Shown piece by piece: positions 31,127 to 40,582 of a stretch of 64,000 nucleotides of DNA. The DNA is from Chitinophagales bacterium. GTDB lineage: Bacteria > Bacteroidota > Bacteroidia > Chitinophagales > JAHQVX01. Positions within the stretch are counted from its first letter, which is position 1. Every line of letters starts with the position of its first letter. The stretch covers positions 2,927,487 to 2,991,486 of the forward strand of contig OZ244113.1 of NCBI GenBank assembly GCA_965215685.1, read 5' to 3'. The notes beneath the pieces were generated by a model, which made no database searches, was not told the origin of the DNA, and worked only from the letters and a program-made list of their open reading frames with translations. The translations under genes and the position numbers were made by a program.

Positions 31127-32201
31127 GGCTGTAGTTTAATTTAGCTATTATTATCTTAGGAGTATGAAAAAAGAAGAGATAAGAACCTATTTCATGGGTC
31201 TTTCAACTGAAGATCAAGAGAATCTTCTAAGAGAACTTGAACAGGTGAAAGATGAGCATTTTCTGCCCAAATGCCAGCAAATGAGAAGACATTTGTTAAA
31301 CAACAAGCAAGGCTGTTGTGCTCATTGCGGTCACTCAAAATATGTCAAGTTTGGTATAGACAAAGGTGCACAACGCTATAAATGTAAGTCTTGCAATCGC
31401 AGTTTTACGGAATATACCGGCACTTGGATGGCAGGTATTCATAAAAAGGATAAGATAGATGATTATTTGCAGTTGATGGCAAAGGAACAGAGTTTGGACA
31501 AGATAAAGGAGAAGCTTCACATCAATAAGAAGACGGCTTTTGATTGGAGACATAAGGTGTTGTCATCTTTTGATGATAATGATACAGATAGCTTTACCGG
31601 TATTACTGAAAGCGATGAGACTTTCTTTCTACATTCAGAAAAAGGCATGGATGTAAATGATAGAAAGCCGCGTAAACGAGGCGGTTCTTCCAGCAAGAAA
31701 GGGGTTAATAATGATCATATAGCCGTCATTGTTACCCAGGATAGAAAACGACATATGGAATTAACAGTAGCCACCACCGGCAGGATAAAGAAAAAAGATA
31801 TCGCAAACTCTATTGGACATAGAGTTACAGCACAAACTATTTTGTGTACAGACTCTCATGTAAGTTATAAAGGTTTTGCCATAGACAATAATCTGGAACA
31901 TCATCCTTTAAGGGCAGATATGAAACAGAGGGTTAAGCAGGGTCTCTACCATATTCAGCATGTTAACTCAACCCATAACAGAGTGAAAAAATGGTTGGAT
32001 AATAAGTTTTGGGGAGTATCCACCAAATACTTACAGCAATACCTCAATTGGTTTAAGCTAAAACAAACGCTAAAAACCAGTAGAAACTTCCTAAATGAGT
32101 TTGCTCAAAGGTCGGTAGAAGACATTCAGGCCTATGCTAAGTACAAGGCCATACCCGACAAGTATGAACTATTAATATCAACGCAATGTTAAACTACAGC
32201 C
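31127..32201 (+). mobile_element. IS1595-family insertion sequence (1075 bp)
   Basis: Perfect 13-bp TIRs GGCTGTAGTTTAA, 8-bp TSD ATCTAATT (31119-31126 and 32202-32209), single transposase ORF. Confidence 0.93.
31164..32192 (+). CDS. IS1595-family transposase (ISXO2-like; DDN type)
   Basis: Zn ribbon CAHC...CKSC, HTH (TAFDWRHK), ESDETFF, TDSH, HIQHVNSTH, GVSTKYLQQYLNWF. Confidence 0.93.
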   Translation: MKKEEIRTYFMGLSTEDQENLLRELEQVKDEHFLPKCQQMRRHLLNNKQGCCAHCGHSKYVKFGIDKGAQRYKCKSCNRSFTEYTGTWMAGIHKKDKIDDYLQLMAKEQSLDKIKEKLHINKKTAFDWRHKVLSSFDDNDTDSFTGITESDETFFLHSEKGMDVNDRKPRKRGGSSSKKGVNNDHIAVIVTQDRKRHMELTVATTGRIKKKDIANSIGHRVTAQTILCTDSHVSYKGFAIDNNLEHHPLRADMKQRVKQGLYHIQHVNSTHNRVKKWLDNKFWGVSTKYLQQYLNWFKLKQTLKTSRNFLNEFAQRSVEDIQAYAKYKAIPDKYELLISTQC

Positions 32202-32416
32202 ATCTAATTATCTAATCCGTTGATAAACAGCACACTGTTATTTCACAAATAATCCCGCCTGCGGGATTCCTTATCCCGAACTCACGTTATTTAAGCCCTG
32301 TAAGGGCGATTCATCTTTGATGCCGGTTTAGCTTTTAAAATCGGATGTTCATTCGGGCGAGCAGGAGTTTTTTGGCTAGACAATGAAGAAAATTTTCGGA
32401 ATAGCAGTAGCTGTTG

Positions 32417-32584
32417 TGGCTGTTGCACAATTGATTTGGCAAAGAAATTTAATCCCTAAATTTCGGGACAGAAAAATTCAAAACGGAATAACCTATTGGT
32501 TTTGAGTATTTTAATTTTTCAAAAAGGAAGAAGTTCACAGCCAAATCAATTATAAAATGCTAAGCCGGGGTTGTGCAACAGCCA
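32417..32584. mobile_element. 168-bp MITE with TGGCTGTTGCACAA terminal IRs
   Basis: Perfect 14-bp TIRs, flanks CTGTTG / CTATTG (5/6), and an inner IR AATTGATTTGGC / GCCAAATCAATT. Confidence 0.7.
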
Positions 32585-32684
32585 CTATTGTTAGATTTTA
32601 TGAAGATGTATAGGCAAAACCCGTCTGCGGAACGGGCAGGAAAGAACAATTTTTAAAGTGATTCTTTTAAGTAGAAAGGGTATT

Positions 32685-33340
32685 AGTTCATTTATAGCTT
32701 TATCGACCGCTACTTATGATTATCGCGTTTTTTTTTGCGTTTAAATCGGAAATTAGGACAACCAAATCAAAAAGCCGGACAAAGGGTAAAACAATTGTGC
32801 TGAAATTTAGCTTAATGAATTTCTTAGGGGATCTTCTGGTAGTAGAAGGTTATATTCCGGCTGGCTTTTAACTCATAAAGTCAGCCGGTTTTTTTTATCT
32901 GTCTTTGCCCTGGTAACCATATAGTAATCTTTAATTCCCACTCCTAACTAAAACATTGCATGGTCGAATTTAAAAAGTCATGTAAAGGATGTCTTTTGGG
33001 CGGGATTTGGGTGAACTAACTGTTCTATCACTTCAGCGTACGCTGATATTGTAAATGTTGGTTGTTGAATCTGTTTCAGTTCATTTTTGACTTTTTCGAC
33101 CGATATTCATGTATGGCGTGTTTTTTTTGCGTTGAAGTCGAAAATCAGGACAAGTAAATCAAGAAGCCGGACAAGGGGTAAAACAATTATTCTGACATTT
33201 AACTTGATAATTTCTGAGGGGATCTTCTGAGTAGTAGAAGGTTATATTCCGGCTGGCTTTTAACTCATAAAGTCAGCCGGTTTTCTTTTGTCTGTCTTTG
33301 CCCTAATAACCATGTAATAACCTTTAATTTCCATTTCTTA
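32685..33340. repeat. About 260-bp diverged direct duplication (32685-32947 and 33078-33340)
   Basis: Offset 393 bp. Identical core GTAGTAGAAGGTTATATTCCGGCTGGCTTTTAACTCATAAAGTCAGCCGGTTTT. Includes the ALDH 3' end. Confidence 0.85.
33249..33289 (+). terminator. Terminator-like hairpin (second copy at 32857-32896)
   Basis: CCGGCTGGCTTT / AAAGTCAGCCGG 12-bp stem followed by a T-tract on the + strand. Confidence 0.45.
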
Positions 33341-34656
33341 CGAGGTGTGTATTTTAAATTTAATTCTAGCCAGGTAGGTTTATCCAAAACACTTTTGAAA
33401 TGGGAGAAGGCATCAAACCCAAATTTTCCATGATAGGATCCAATTCCGCTGGCGCCTACACCACCAAAAGGTAAGTTGCTGTTTGTAAAGTGCATTACTG
33501 CATCGTTCACCGCGCCACCGCCAAAGGAGATACTGTTTAACACCTTATCCTTTATTTGTTTTTTATTAGTAAAAACGTAGCATGCCAAGGGGCGAGGCAG
33601 GCTTTTCACCCGGTTAATGGCCTCGTCAAGGCTGTTGTACTCTATTACTGGTAGTATTGGGCCAAATATCTCATCCTTCATTATCTCATCATCAAAAGAA
33701 ACATTGTGCATCACGGTTGGACTGATGAATCGCTCATCCAAATTTATTTCACCGCCACAATAGATCTTAGATCGATCTAAAGCGGCCATTAGTCGGTTCA
33801 TGTTGCTTTGGTTTATGATCTGTACGTAGTTATCATTCTCATAGCTGTACTTTGATGCCACTATTTCTTTTTTGAGAAGTTCTAACAATTCATCCTTCTT
33901 GCTTGAATGAACAAGAATATAATCCACCGCTAAGCAGGACTGACCTGCATTGAGAAACTTTCCCCATACCAGGCGTTTTACGGCTATTTTAAGGTTGCAA
34001 CTTTGGGTGATGAAGGCTGGGCTTTTACCTCCCAACTCCAGGGAAACAGGTGTTAAGTGTTTGGCGGCTGCTTTATATACAATACGACCAACCTTTGTAC
34101 TTCCTGTAAAAAATATTTTATCGAATCTTTGTCCCAGCAATGCTGTGGTTTCCAATATACCTCCTTCAACCACCTTAAAAAATGCCGGATCGAAATTATT
34201 ATTTATTAACCCGGCCATTACCGAACTGGTAGATGAAGGAACCTCGCTTGGCTTTAGAACAACGGTATTGCCAGCAGCAATTGACGATATAGCCGGAACC
34301 AGTGACAGTTGATAGGGAAAATTCCAGGCACCAATTACCAGGCTTACACCTAATGGTTCAGGAATGGTATAACTACGTGCAGGAAAATTCAGTAAATTAG
34401 TTTGTACTTGTTTGGGTTTGGCCCAACTATTTAAATTGTTTACGGCAAGGTCAATTTCGTGGTAAATGATTCCTAACTCCGTACCATAAGTTTCAAAAAC
34501 CGACTTCTTAAAATCTTTATCTATGGCTCGGTAGAGTACCGATTCGTTCGCCTTAATTATTGGTTTAAGTTTCTTTAGCTGATCACGTCTAAACTTTATG
34601 TCTTTGGTTGTACCTGTGAAAAAGAATTCACGCTGCTTTTCTACAATTTCTCTCAC
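33265..34656 (-). CDS. Aldehyde dehydrogenase (class 3 / coniferyl-aldehyde-like)
   Basis: GAWNFPYQL, LKPSE, FFTGSTKVG, LELGGKSP, catalytic NAGQSC, DEIFGPILP, LPFGGVGASGIGSYHG. Confidence 0.93.
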   Translation of the reverse strand: MREIVEKQREFFFTGTTKDIKFRRDQLKKLKPIIKANESVLYRAIDKDFKKSVFETYGTELGIIYHEIDLAVNNLNSWAKPKQVQTNLLNFPARSYTIPEPLGVSLVIGAWNFPYQLSLVPAISSIAAGNTVVLKPSEVPSSTSSVMAGLINNNFDPAFFKVVEGGILETTALLGQRFDKIFFTGSTKVGRIVYKAAAKHLTPVSLELGGKSPAFITQSCNLKIAVKRLVWGKFLNAGQSCLAVDYILVHSSKKDELLELLKKEIVASKYSYENDNYVQIINQSNMNRLMAALDRSKIYCGGEINLDERFISPTVMHNVSFDDEIMKDEIFGPILPVIEYNSLDEAINRVKSLPRPLACYVFTNKKQIKDKVLNSISFGGGAVNDAVMHFTNSNLPFGGVGASGIGSYHGKFGFDAFSHFKSVLDKPTWLELNLKYTPRKKWKLKVITWLLGQRQTKENRLTL

Positions 34657-35108
34657 TTTTTGATATTCTTTTCATAGAGTTCAATCCAGTCTTTTACTGT
34701 CATTTTAGTCATCAATTCACCAATAAGGTCATAAGGGATATCATCCATGTACTTCAGTCTTACACAACTTTTGCCCATATCTAACTTACGCTTTGCATAT
34801 TTCGGAAATTCAGCTGTAAACCATTTGTGCATGGCCGATTGTGCATAAATTCCACTATGATAAAAACCCAAAAAGTTCTTTTGATTTGCGATGGAAGCAA
34901 ACGGAAGAGCATCTTCCGGCTTGCAATGGTAACCAGCGGGGTAAATGCTGTGCGGCACTACGTAGCTTATCATATTGTACTGGATGGTTTCTTCGAAACC
35001 CTTAGGTATGTTTTTAAGTATTGTGTCTCTTAGCCTGGTGAAGGCTGGTTTTCTTTCTTCCGGAACTGCATTGAGGTATTCCTGCACAGAGTTATATTTT
35101 TTTGGCAT
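34653..35108 (-). CDS. DUF1801 domain protein
   Basis: SVQEYLNAVPEERK...LRDTI, YHC...LPFASIANQKNF, KLDMGKSCVR...IPYDLIGEL. Confidence 0.85.
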   Translation of the reverse strand: MPKKYNSVQEYLNAVPEERKPAFTRLRDTILKNIPKGFEETIQYNMISYVVPHSIYPAGYHCKPEDALPFASIANQKNFLGFYHSGIYAQSAMHKWFTAEFPKYAKRKLDMGKSCVRLKYMDDIPYDLIGELMTKMTVKDWIELYEKNIKK

Positions 35109-35448
35109 TACATGGTATTTGAAGTCTTAAATTAGAGAAAGTTATTGAACCGCTATAGACATACGGGAAACAGTAGAACTAATTATTTACGTTTTTGTTG
35201 TAGAAATCGGTGTCTGACCGGTTTTTAGGATTGTTTCTGATATAGTATTTTGTGTTCTTGAATATATTTTCATCTTCAATTTTACTTTCGTAATACTTTG
35301 GTTGCCACGAAAAATTTGTATCAATTAGTCTGCTTTATGGTAACTGATGATTTAAACCCCCTTATGATTGACACAAGATTTTTAGCTTGAGGTCCAAATT
35401 GATTTTGGCAAATTAGGCTCACGATGCATCAATGAGAGGATAACAGCA

Positions 35449-37182
35449 TCACTTATTCGCCATGGCTATCCTTCTATAGAGTTTTAAAACTGTTTCGGGT
35501 AAATCGTTGGGTTTGGAAAGAATGCTGTAATGATTGACCCCAAACATTTGTGGCAAGTAGTACCGAGCCTGTTCCTCAATGGCAACAGCGTAGCTTTGAA
35601 TATGTTTGCTATGTAATTCCTTAATGGCTTGCTTAATGTCTTCCACGCCGTACTTTCCTTCATATCTGTCGTAGTCGTTAGGTTTGCCGTCTGATAACAA
35701 GATGACCCATTTAGCTTTAGATACGTGCTTACTCAATAAAAAACCGGCGTGCCTAATGGCCGGGCCAATACGTGTAAATCCCTGTGGTGAAATAGCTCCG
35801 ACATTTGTACGAGCTCCTGTCCACCTGTCTTTGAAATGTTTGAGTGTTACGTAAGAACAAAAGTTTCTGGTTTTAGAGAAAAAACCGTCTATCTGGAAGT
35901 CGATATCAAATTCTGAAAACACCTCGCCGAGAATGATAACGGCCTGTTTTTCAATATCAATAACACGTTGGCCGGAAATATAGCTTTCACCGGAAAGACT
36001 TAAATCGATCAGAAAGAGAATAGATAGTTCTTTTTTACGCTTTCGTCTGGAGATATATATATTCTCATCAGGGGTTACGCGCGAGTGAATATCTGTGTAC
36101 ATGTCAGTTACCTGATCCAGATCAAATTGGTCGCCCTGGCTTACTCTGTTCACCTTAGCAGATGAATTATAAAAATGGGCAAGATTTTTCTTTAAAGAGG
36201 TAATGTTCCTTTGGTTGGCTCTAACGGTATCAAGCGCATATTCACTTTTGTAAGATTTGAAAAGTAAAGGATATACACGGCAGAAATCGTTTCTGTACCG
36301 GGCTGTCTTTCCGTTCCATTCGGGGTAAGAGTAATAATGCCCTTCTTCTTTCAGAGCCTTACTTTCAGCTAAGGTAAGTTGCCCTCCAAAATCGACTTTA
36401 TAAACGGAGTGAACCACATCATCTACCCGAACGGTATGTTTTAGATTCAGTTCTTCCAAAGCGTGAGCATCATCCTTCAAATTGTCATCACCTTCAAAAT
36501 CACGCCATATATCATCAAATTCTTCTGCGGTTTCAATTTTCTCGAAATTGTGTTGTAATGTGAAATCTTCCTGCGCCTCTTTATCTACCTGAATGGTAGT
36601 CATTTCTTCTACCGGCTTGGACTCTATTTCAGTAGTAATATCATTATCGCCTGCCTTTCCTGTAATATCGTTAGCATGTTCCAGTTCATCGGGGCTGAAA
36701 AAAAGATCATCCTTCATCCACTTGCCATAGAGCCAGTAACTTTCTATTTCTGCAATATTCAATTCAGCATGCAGGGCAGGGAAGTGCTCAAACTCTTTTT
36801 TAACCGATGCAATTACTTCTGGAGCGATCTGTTTGGCTGCATATCGGGCTTCTTCGGTCTTCACATCTTGCCTTTTAAGGCGTTCTGCCGCCACGTTCTG
36901 TTGATAACTCAAATAGAAAACGCGGTAGAGATAAAACTTGAAGTTTTGTTCTAACGTCTCATAGAGATTCATCTTTTCGGGCAGATAGAAATTAAGCCCT
37001 TTTCTGCCGCCTTCGCCAATAGCAGGCATAATTTCAATGGGTTCATTGGTCAGGGCGCGGGCAATTAAGGTTAGTCGTGGCCTTACTTCATGGAGAAAAA
37101 CGGCGTGTACGTCCTCACTCTCTCGCTTTTTCTTCTTTCTCCACAGAACGAATTTCTTAAACAGTTTTTCGCTGATATCCAT
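35449..37182 (-). CDS. norD: Nitric oxide reductase activation protein (VWA domain)
   Basis: YSYPEWNG...Y, MIDAS motif LIDLSLSG, TRIGPAIRHA, LSDGKPNDYDRYEGKYGVED. Directly follows norQ. Confidence 0.9.
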   Translation of the reverse strand: MDISEKLFKKFVLWRKKKKRESEDVHAVFLHEVRPRLTLIARALTNEPIEIMPAIGEGGRKGLNFYLPEKMNLYETLEQNFKFYLYRVFYLSYQQNVAAERLKRQDVKTEEARYAAKQIAPEVIASVKKEFEHFPALHAELNIAEIESYWLYGKWMKDDLFFSPDELEHANDITGKAGDNDITTEIESKPVEEMTTIQVDKEAQEDFTLQHNFEKIETAEEFDDIWRDFEGDDNLKDDAHALEELNLKHTVRVDDVVHSVYKVDFGGQLTLAESKALKEEGHYYSYPEWNGKTARYRNDFCRVYPLLFKSYKSEYALDTVRANQRNITSLKKNLAHFYNSSAKVNRVSQGDQFDLDQVTDMYTDIHSRVTPDENIYISRRKRKKELSILFLIDLSLSGESYISGQRVIDIEKQAVIILGEVFSEFDIDFQIDGFFSKTRNFCSYVTLKHFKDRWTGARTNVGAISPQGFTRIGPAIRHAGFLLSKHVSKAKWVILLSDGKPNDYDRYEGKYGVEDIKQAIKELHSKHIQSYAVAIEEQARYYLPQMFGVNHYSILSKPNDLPETVLKLYRRIAMANK

Positions 37183-37190
37183 GGCAAAAC

Positions 37191-37973
37191 TTAAATAGCC
37201 AGGTATGCTATGTCTTCCAATGCCTGGTTGGTCTCTTCATCGTCCGATAAAGGCTCTAACACGGCTACTTTCACGGCCAACCGCGGAGGTAAGCCGCTCC
37301 GGATCAATTTAGCCGCATCTACTAGTAATCGGGTTGATGCTGTTTCACTTAGACCTAACTCCGTAAGATTCCTGATTTTGTTACCAATAGTCACCAATTT
37401 GCCGGCCAAACTTGAACCTACTCCTGTTTCTTGCGCAATAATCTCCTTTTCTACTGATTCTTTTGGATACTGAAAGGAAAGAGAAACAAATCGTTGTCGT
37501 GTGGATGGTTTTAATTCCTTAAAACCTTTTTGATAGCCCGGATTGTATGAACCAACCAGCATAAAATCTTCATGCGCCACAATTTCAACACCTAACTTAT
37601 CAATAAAAAGGGTACGCCGATAGTCAGTAAGGGAGTGAATAGCCACCAAAATATCAGGACGTGCCTCGGCAATCTCATCTAAATAAATGATGGAACCGTT
37701 TTTTGCTGCCTGTGTTAATGGACCATCAATCCATATGGTTTCGGCACCACGAATGATGTACCGTCCGATTAAATCTGTAGATGATGTTTCTTCGTGACAA
37801 GTAACCGTTAAAATATCCTTATCCAAGCTATAAGCCATGTACTCGACAAAGCGCGATTTACCTGTACCCGTTGGCCCCTTAAGCAACAAGGGAAGCTGGT
37901 TTTTATACGTATGCTCAAATACTTCAGTCTCCCGGTCAATCTGCCGGTAATATGGTTCAGTTGCGATCTTCAC
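37191..37973 (-). CDS. norQ: NorQ/NirQ/CbbQ AAA+ ATPase
   Basis: Walker A GPTGTGKS, CHEETSSTDLIGRY, YLDEIAEAR, SYNPGYQ...KELKPSTRQRF, STRLLV. Confidence 0.93.
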   Translation of the reverse strand: MKIATEPYYRQIDRETEVFEHTYKNQLPLLLKGPTGTGKSRFVEYMAYSLDKDILTVTCHEETSSTDLIGRYIIRGAETIWIDGPLTQAAKNGSIIYLDEIAEARPDILVAIHSLTDYRRTLFIDKLGVEIVAHEDFMLVGSYNPGYQKGFKELKPSTRQRFVSLSFQYPKESVEKEIIAQETGVGSSLAGKLVTIGNKIRNLTELGLSETASTRLLVDAAKLIRSGLPPRLAVKVAVLEPLSDDEETNQALEDIAYLAI

Positions 37974-38011
37974 TTAGACGATATGCGTTCTGCCTAACAA
38001 TTATACAACTC

Positions 38012-39376
38012 TTATGCAGGAGTTGGGATAAATTGATCTTCCGGACTCTCTATAGCTTCTTCAGTCGGTCTTCCGTATTTAATGAAGTCAATAATATAAA
38101 GTACAACACCAAAGGTGAACAAACACGCTGCCGCAAGCATGATCCAAAAGTGAACGGAAAGTTCATTTTGTGCTTCCATGAAATTCATACCAACTTTTCG
38201 CTCAAGATAAACCTGTCCTATACCGGCAGCAGCCAGGGCGGTTGTCATACCCACCATACCAATGTTGGATGTCCAAAAGGCCAGCTGACCCCGGGAGTTT
38301 TTGTATAGTTTTCTGCCTGTAAGCAATGGCATGGCGTAAGCTATAAGTGCAAAAACGAGCATGCCGTATGCACCCCAAAAAGCAAGGTGCCCGTGCATAG
38401 CCGTAACCAACGTGCCATGTGTCCAAAGGTTAACCTGTGGTAAGGTATGGGCAGCCCCAAGTAAACCGGCACCAACAAACGAAGTAATGGCACAACCCAA
38501 CGTCCAGTACAAGGCAATGGTGTTCGGATGTTTTTTATTTCCCTTTCTGTACATAGCAAAGGCGAAAAGTGCCATCCCTAGAAAAGCCAAAGGTTCTAAG
38601 GCAGAGAAAATACCACCAATAACCAACCAGTAATTGGGAGTACCAATGTAATAGTAGTGGTGCCCTGTTCCAAGAATTCCTGATATAAATGTAAGCCCAA
38701 TAATGACATACAACCATTTCTCTATCACTTCGCGGTCAACACCCGTTAATTTAATTAATAAGTAGGCCAAAATACCACCCATTATTAGTTCCCAAACACC
38801 TTCAACCCAAAGATGAACAACCCACCAACGGAAGTAAGAATCGAGGGTTTGATTATTGAACCATAACATACCCGGCAAGTAAAGCAATGCCGCAAAAACA
38901 AGTCCCATGGCAAGGACCATAGCCGTAGTAGTACGTTGTTTTCCTTTCCACAATGTGGCTAAAATAATTCCGAGAAATAGTAATACATTCACCACTACCA
39001 AATAGTCAAGCGGCCTGGGTATCTCCAAAAACTTTCGACCTTCCCACCAGTTAAAGTGGTAACCGACAACTGCAACAACACCTACCAAAGCAAAGCTCCA
39101 AAACTGCAGTTTGGCCAATGGCACGGACGCAAGTTCGCGTTGAGATTCTTCCGGAATGATATAATACGCAGCACCCATAAAACCTGAGAGCAGCCAAACA
39201 ACTAAAAGGTTAGTGTGCGTGGCACGTGCGGTGTTAAACGGAATGAATTGGTGAAACCACTCATCGAAGCCCAAACGGCCTAAACCCATTATGAAACCAT
39301 ACACGATTTGCAGTACCAGCAATAGCATGCTGAGTGCGAAAAATAAATAAGCGACTTTTTGTGATTTATACTTCAT
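38012..39376 (-). CDS. norB: Nitric oxide reductase large subunit (cNOR)
   Basis: ARATHTNL (heme b His), RWWVVHLWVEGVWE, GTGHHYY, HGHLAFWG. Length 454 aa with no N-terminal qNor extension. Confidence 0.95.
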   Translation of the reverse strand: MKYKSQKVAYLFFALSMLLLVLQIVYGFIMGLGRLGFDEWFHQFIPFNTARATHTNLLVVWLLSGFMGAAYYIIPEESQRELASVPLAKLQFWSFALVGVVAVVGYHFNWWEGRKFLEIPRPLDYLVVVNVLLFLGIILATLWKGKQRTTTAMVLAMGLVFAALLYLPGMLWFNNQTLDSYFRWWVVHLWVEGVWELIMGGILAYLLIKLTGVDREVIEKWLYVIIGLTFISGILGTGHHYYYIGTPNYWLVIGGIFSALEPLAFLGMALFAFAMYRKGNKKHPNTIALYWTLGCAITSFVGAGLLGAAHTLPQVNLWTHGTLVTAMHGHLAFWGAYGMLVFALIAYAMPLLTGRKLYKNSRGQLAFWTSNIGMVGMTTALAAAGIGQVYLERKVGMNFMEAQNELSVHFWIMLAAACLFTFGVVLYIIDFIKYGRPTEEAIESPEDQFIPTPA

Positions 39377-39388
39377 GATTTCGGGGTT

Positions 39389-39826
39389 TTAATTTGATGA
39401 TTCTTGTTTCAGGTCCGGTTCTGGAGGAAAGCCGTTAAGATCAACTTCTCCGCACCATTTCAAAAAAGCTATAACTGCATCTGCATCTTCTTCGTTCATC
39501 TCATAAGCGACCATTTGTCTTCCGTTTGGCCCCCACGGAACCGGCGATGTCATAATGGCTTTTATTATTTCGGGGCCAACCCTTTCGTATGATTTTGTTA
39601 ACTCTGGTGCATAATAGGCACCTTCGCCCAAAATGGTATGGCAGCCCATACAGTTGTTCTTTTCCCATATTTTCTTACCCTTAATAACCTGTGCAGTTAG
39701 GTTTTCTGCGTTGGTTTGGCCGGGAACGGACTTGGCCACCGTATGCCAGGTTAGCCCGAGAAAGACGGCAAAGGAAAGAATAGTACCGCCGAAGAAAAAT
39801 ATTTGCGCTTGTTTTTTAGATAACAT
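39389..39826 (-). CDS. norC: Nitric oxide reductase cytochrome c subunit
   Basis: N-terminal TM anchor, CMGCHTILGEGAYYAPELT, and RQM axial Met. Confidence 0.95.
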   Translation of the reverse strand: MLSKKQAQIFFFGGTILSFAVFLGLTWHTVAKSVPGQTNAENLTAQVIKGKKIWEKNNCMGCHTILGEGAYYAPELTKSYERVGPEIIKAIMTSPVPWGPNGRQMVAYEMNEEDADAVIAFLKWCGEVDLNGFPPEPDLKQESSN

Positions 39827-39878
39827 TTGCCTTTGTTTTGTTGCGAGTGTAAATATCGGTCAGAAACAATAAAAAATA

Positions 39879-39898
39879 AAAAGATATTTTTATCTTTT
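39879..39898. promoter_or_regulatory. Putative Rrf2 operator upstream of norC
   Basis: Perfect palindrome AAAAGATA-TTTT-TATCTTTT, nearly identical to 46508-46527. Confidence 0.6.
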
Positions 39899-39928
39899 TT
39901 GTGCCAGACACTTAAATAGTCAACGCCA

Positions 39929-40360
39929 TTACAAAACTCCCTGATTGTCCATCTTTCTTAAATACTCCAATACTGCACGGGCCTTGGTTTCGTCAAGCAT
40001 ACCTACTACCATGGCTATTTTTTTATATTCCTCGAAAAGGGCCCTTGCTTCAGGATTATGTTTAACCATATCCTTGTTATGCAACAGAAGGTTCATTATA
40101 TAATTTGGCGACCTTCGGTTGGTTACCCCTGCCAAAGGCGGTCCTATTAACTTATTGTCAAACCGGTGACAGGCGGTACATATTTTGTTAAATTCAATCT
40201 CGCCTAAAGCCGCCAGTTCATCATCAATATCGGTTAGTTCTACTGTTATATAATTTTGCATTTCCCATTGTTTGTTATTTTTTTTGTTTGAGGAACAGGA
40301 TAGAAACAAAAGGACCAGGGAAGCAATAAGAATTATGGAAATCGCAATTTTATTCTGCAT
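39929..40360 (-). CDS. Monoheme cytochrome c, lipoprotein
   Basis: Lipobox LFLSC, heme motif CTACH, KLIGPPLAGVTNRRSPNYIMN, and a distal AM. Confidence 0.88.
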   Translation of the reverse strand: MQNKIAISIILIASLVLLFLSCSSNKKNNKQWEMQNYITVELTDIDDELAALGEIEFNKICTACHRFDNKLIGPPLAGVTNRRSPNYIMNLLLHNKDMVKHNPEARALFEEYKKIAMVVGMLDETKARAVLEYLRKMDNQGVL

Positions 40361-40582
40361 GGCTAAAGATATTATATGAAGATATGGAAATACAAATGGT
40401 GGGTATTGTTAGGCATAATTTTACTTACAGGTGTGTTATCTTATTCCAACAAAGAAAGAGTGATTCAAAAGGATTGTGGAGAGCATTGTTATTGTAGATT
40501 CTCTGTTAGGAAAAAATCTATTTTCTTTATTACAATAGAAAATAAGCAATCCTTTTTAGAGCGGGTTTGTCATTAGTCCCTT

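Larger units (their letters stand above)
30944..32287. mobile_element. Composite element copy 1: about 261-bp MITE (TIR ACG(C/T)GA(A/G)TTCG) carrying an IS1595
   Basis: Near-identical inverted copy at 59324-60662. Flanks TATTTTA / TATTTAA (6/7 TSD). Confidence 0.8.

Noticed and set aside
40376-40576. 66-aa ORF with an N-terminal hydrophobic stretch
   Set aside because: It starts only 15 bp from the divergent cytochrome c ATG inside an otherwise minus-strand cluster, and has no recognisable motif. Cannot be supported, though a small protein or gene remnant is not excluded.
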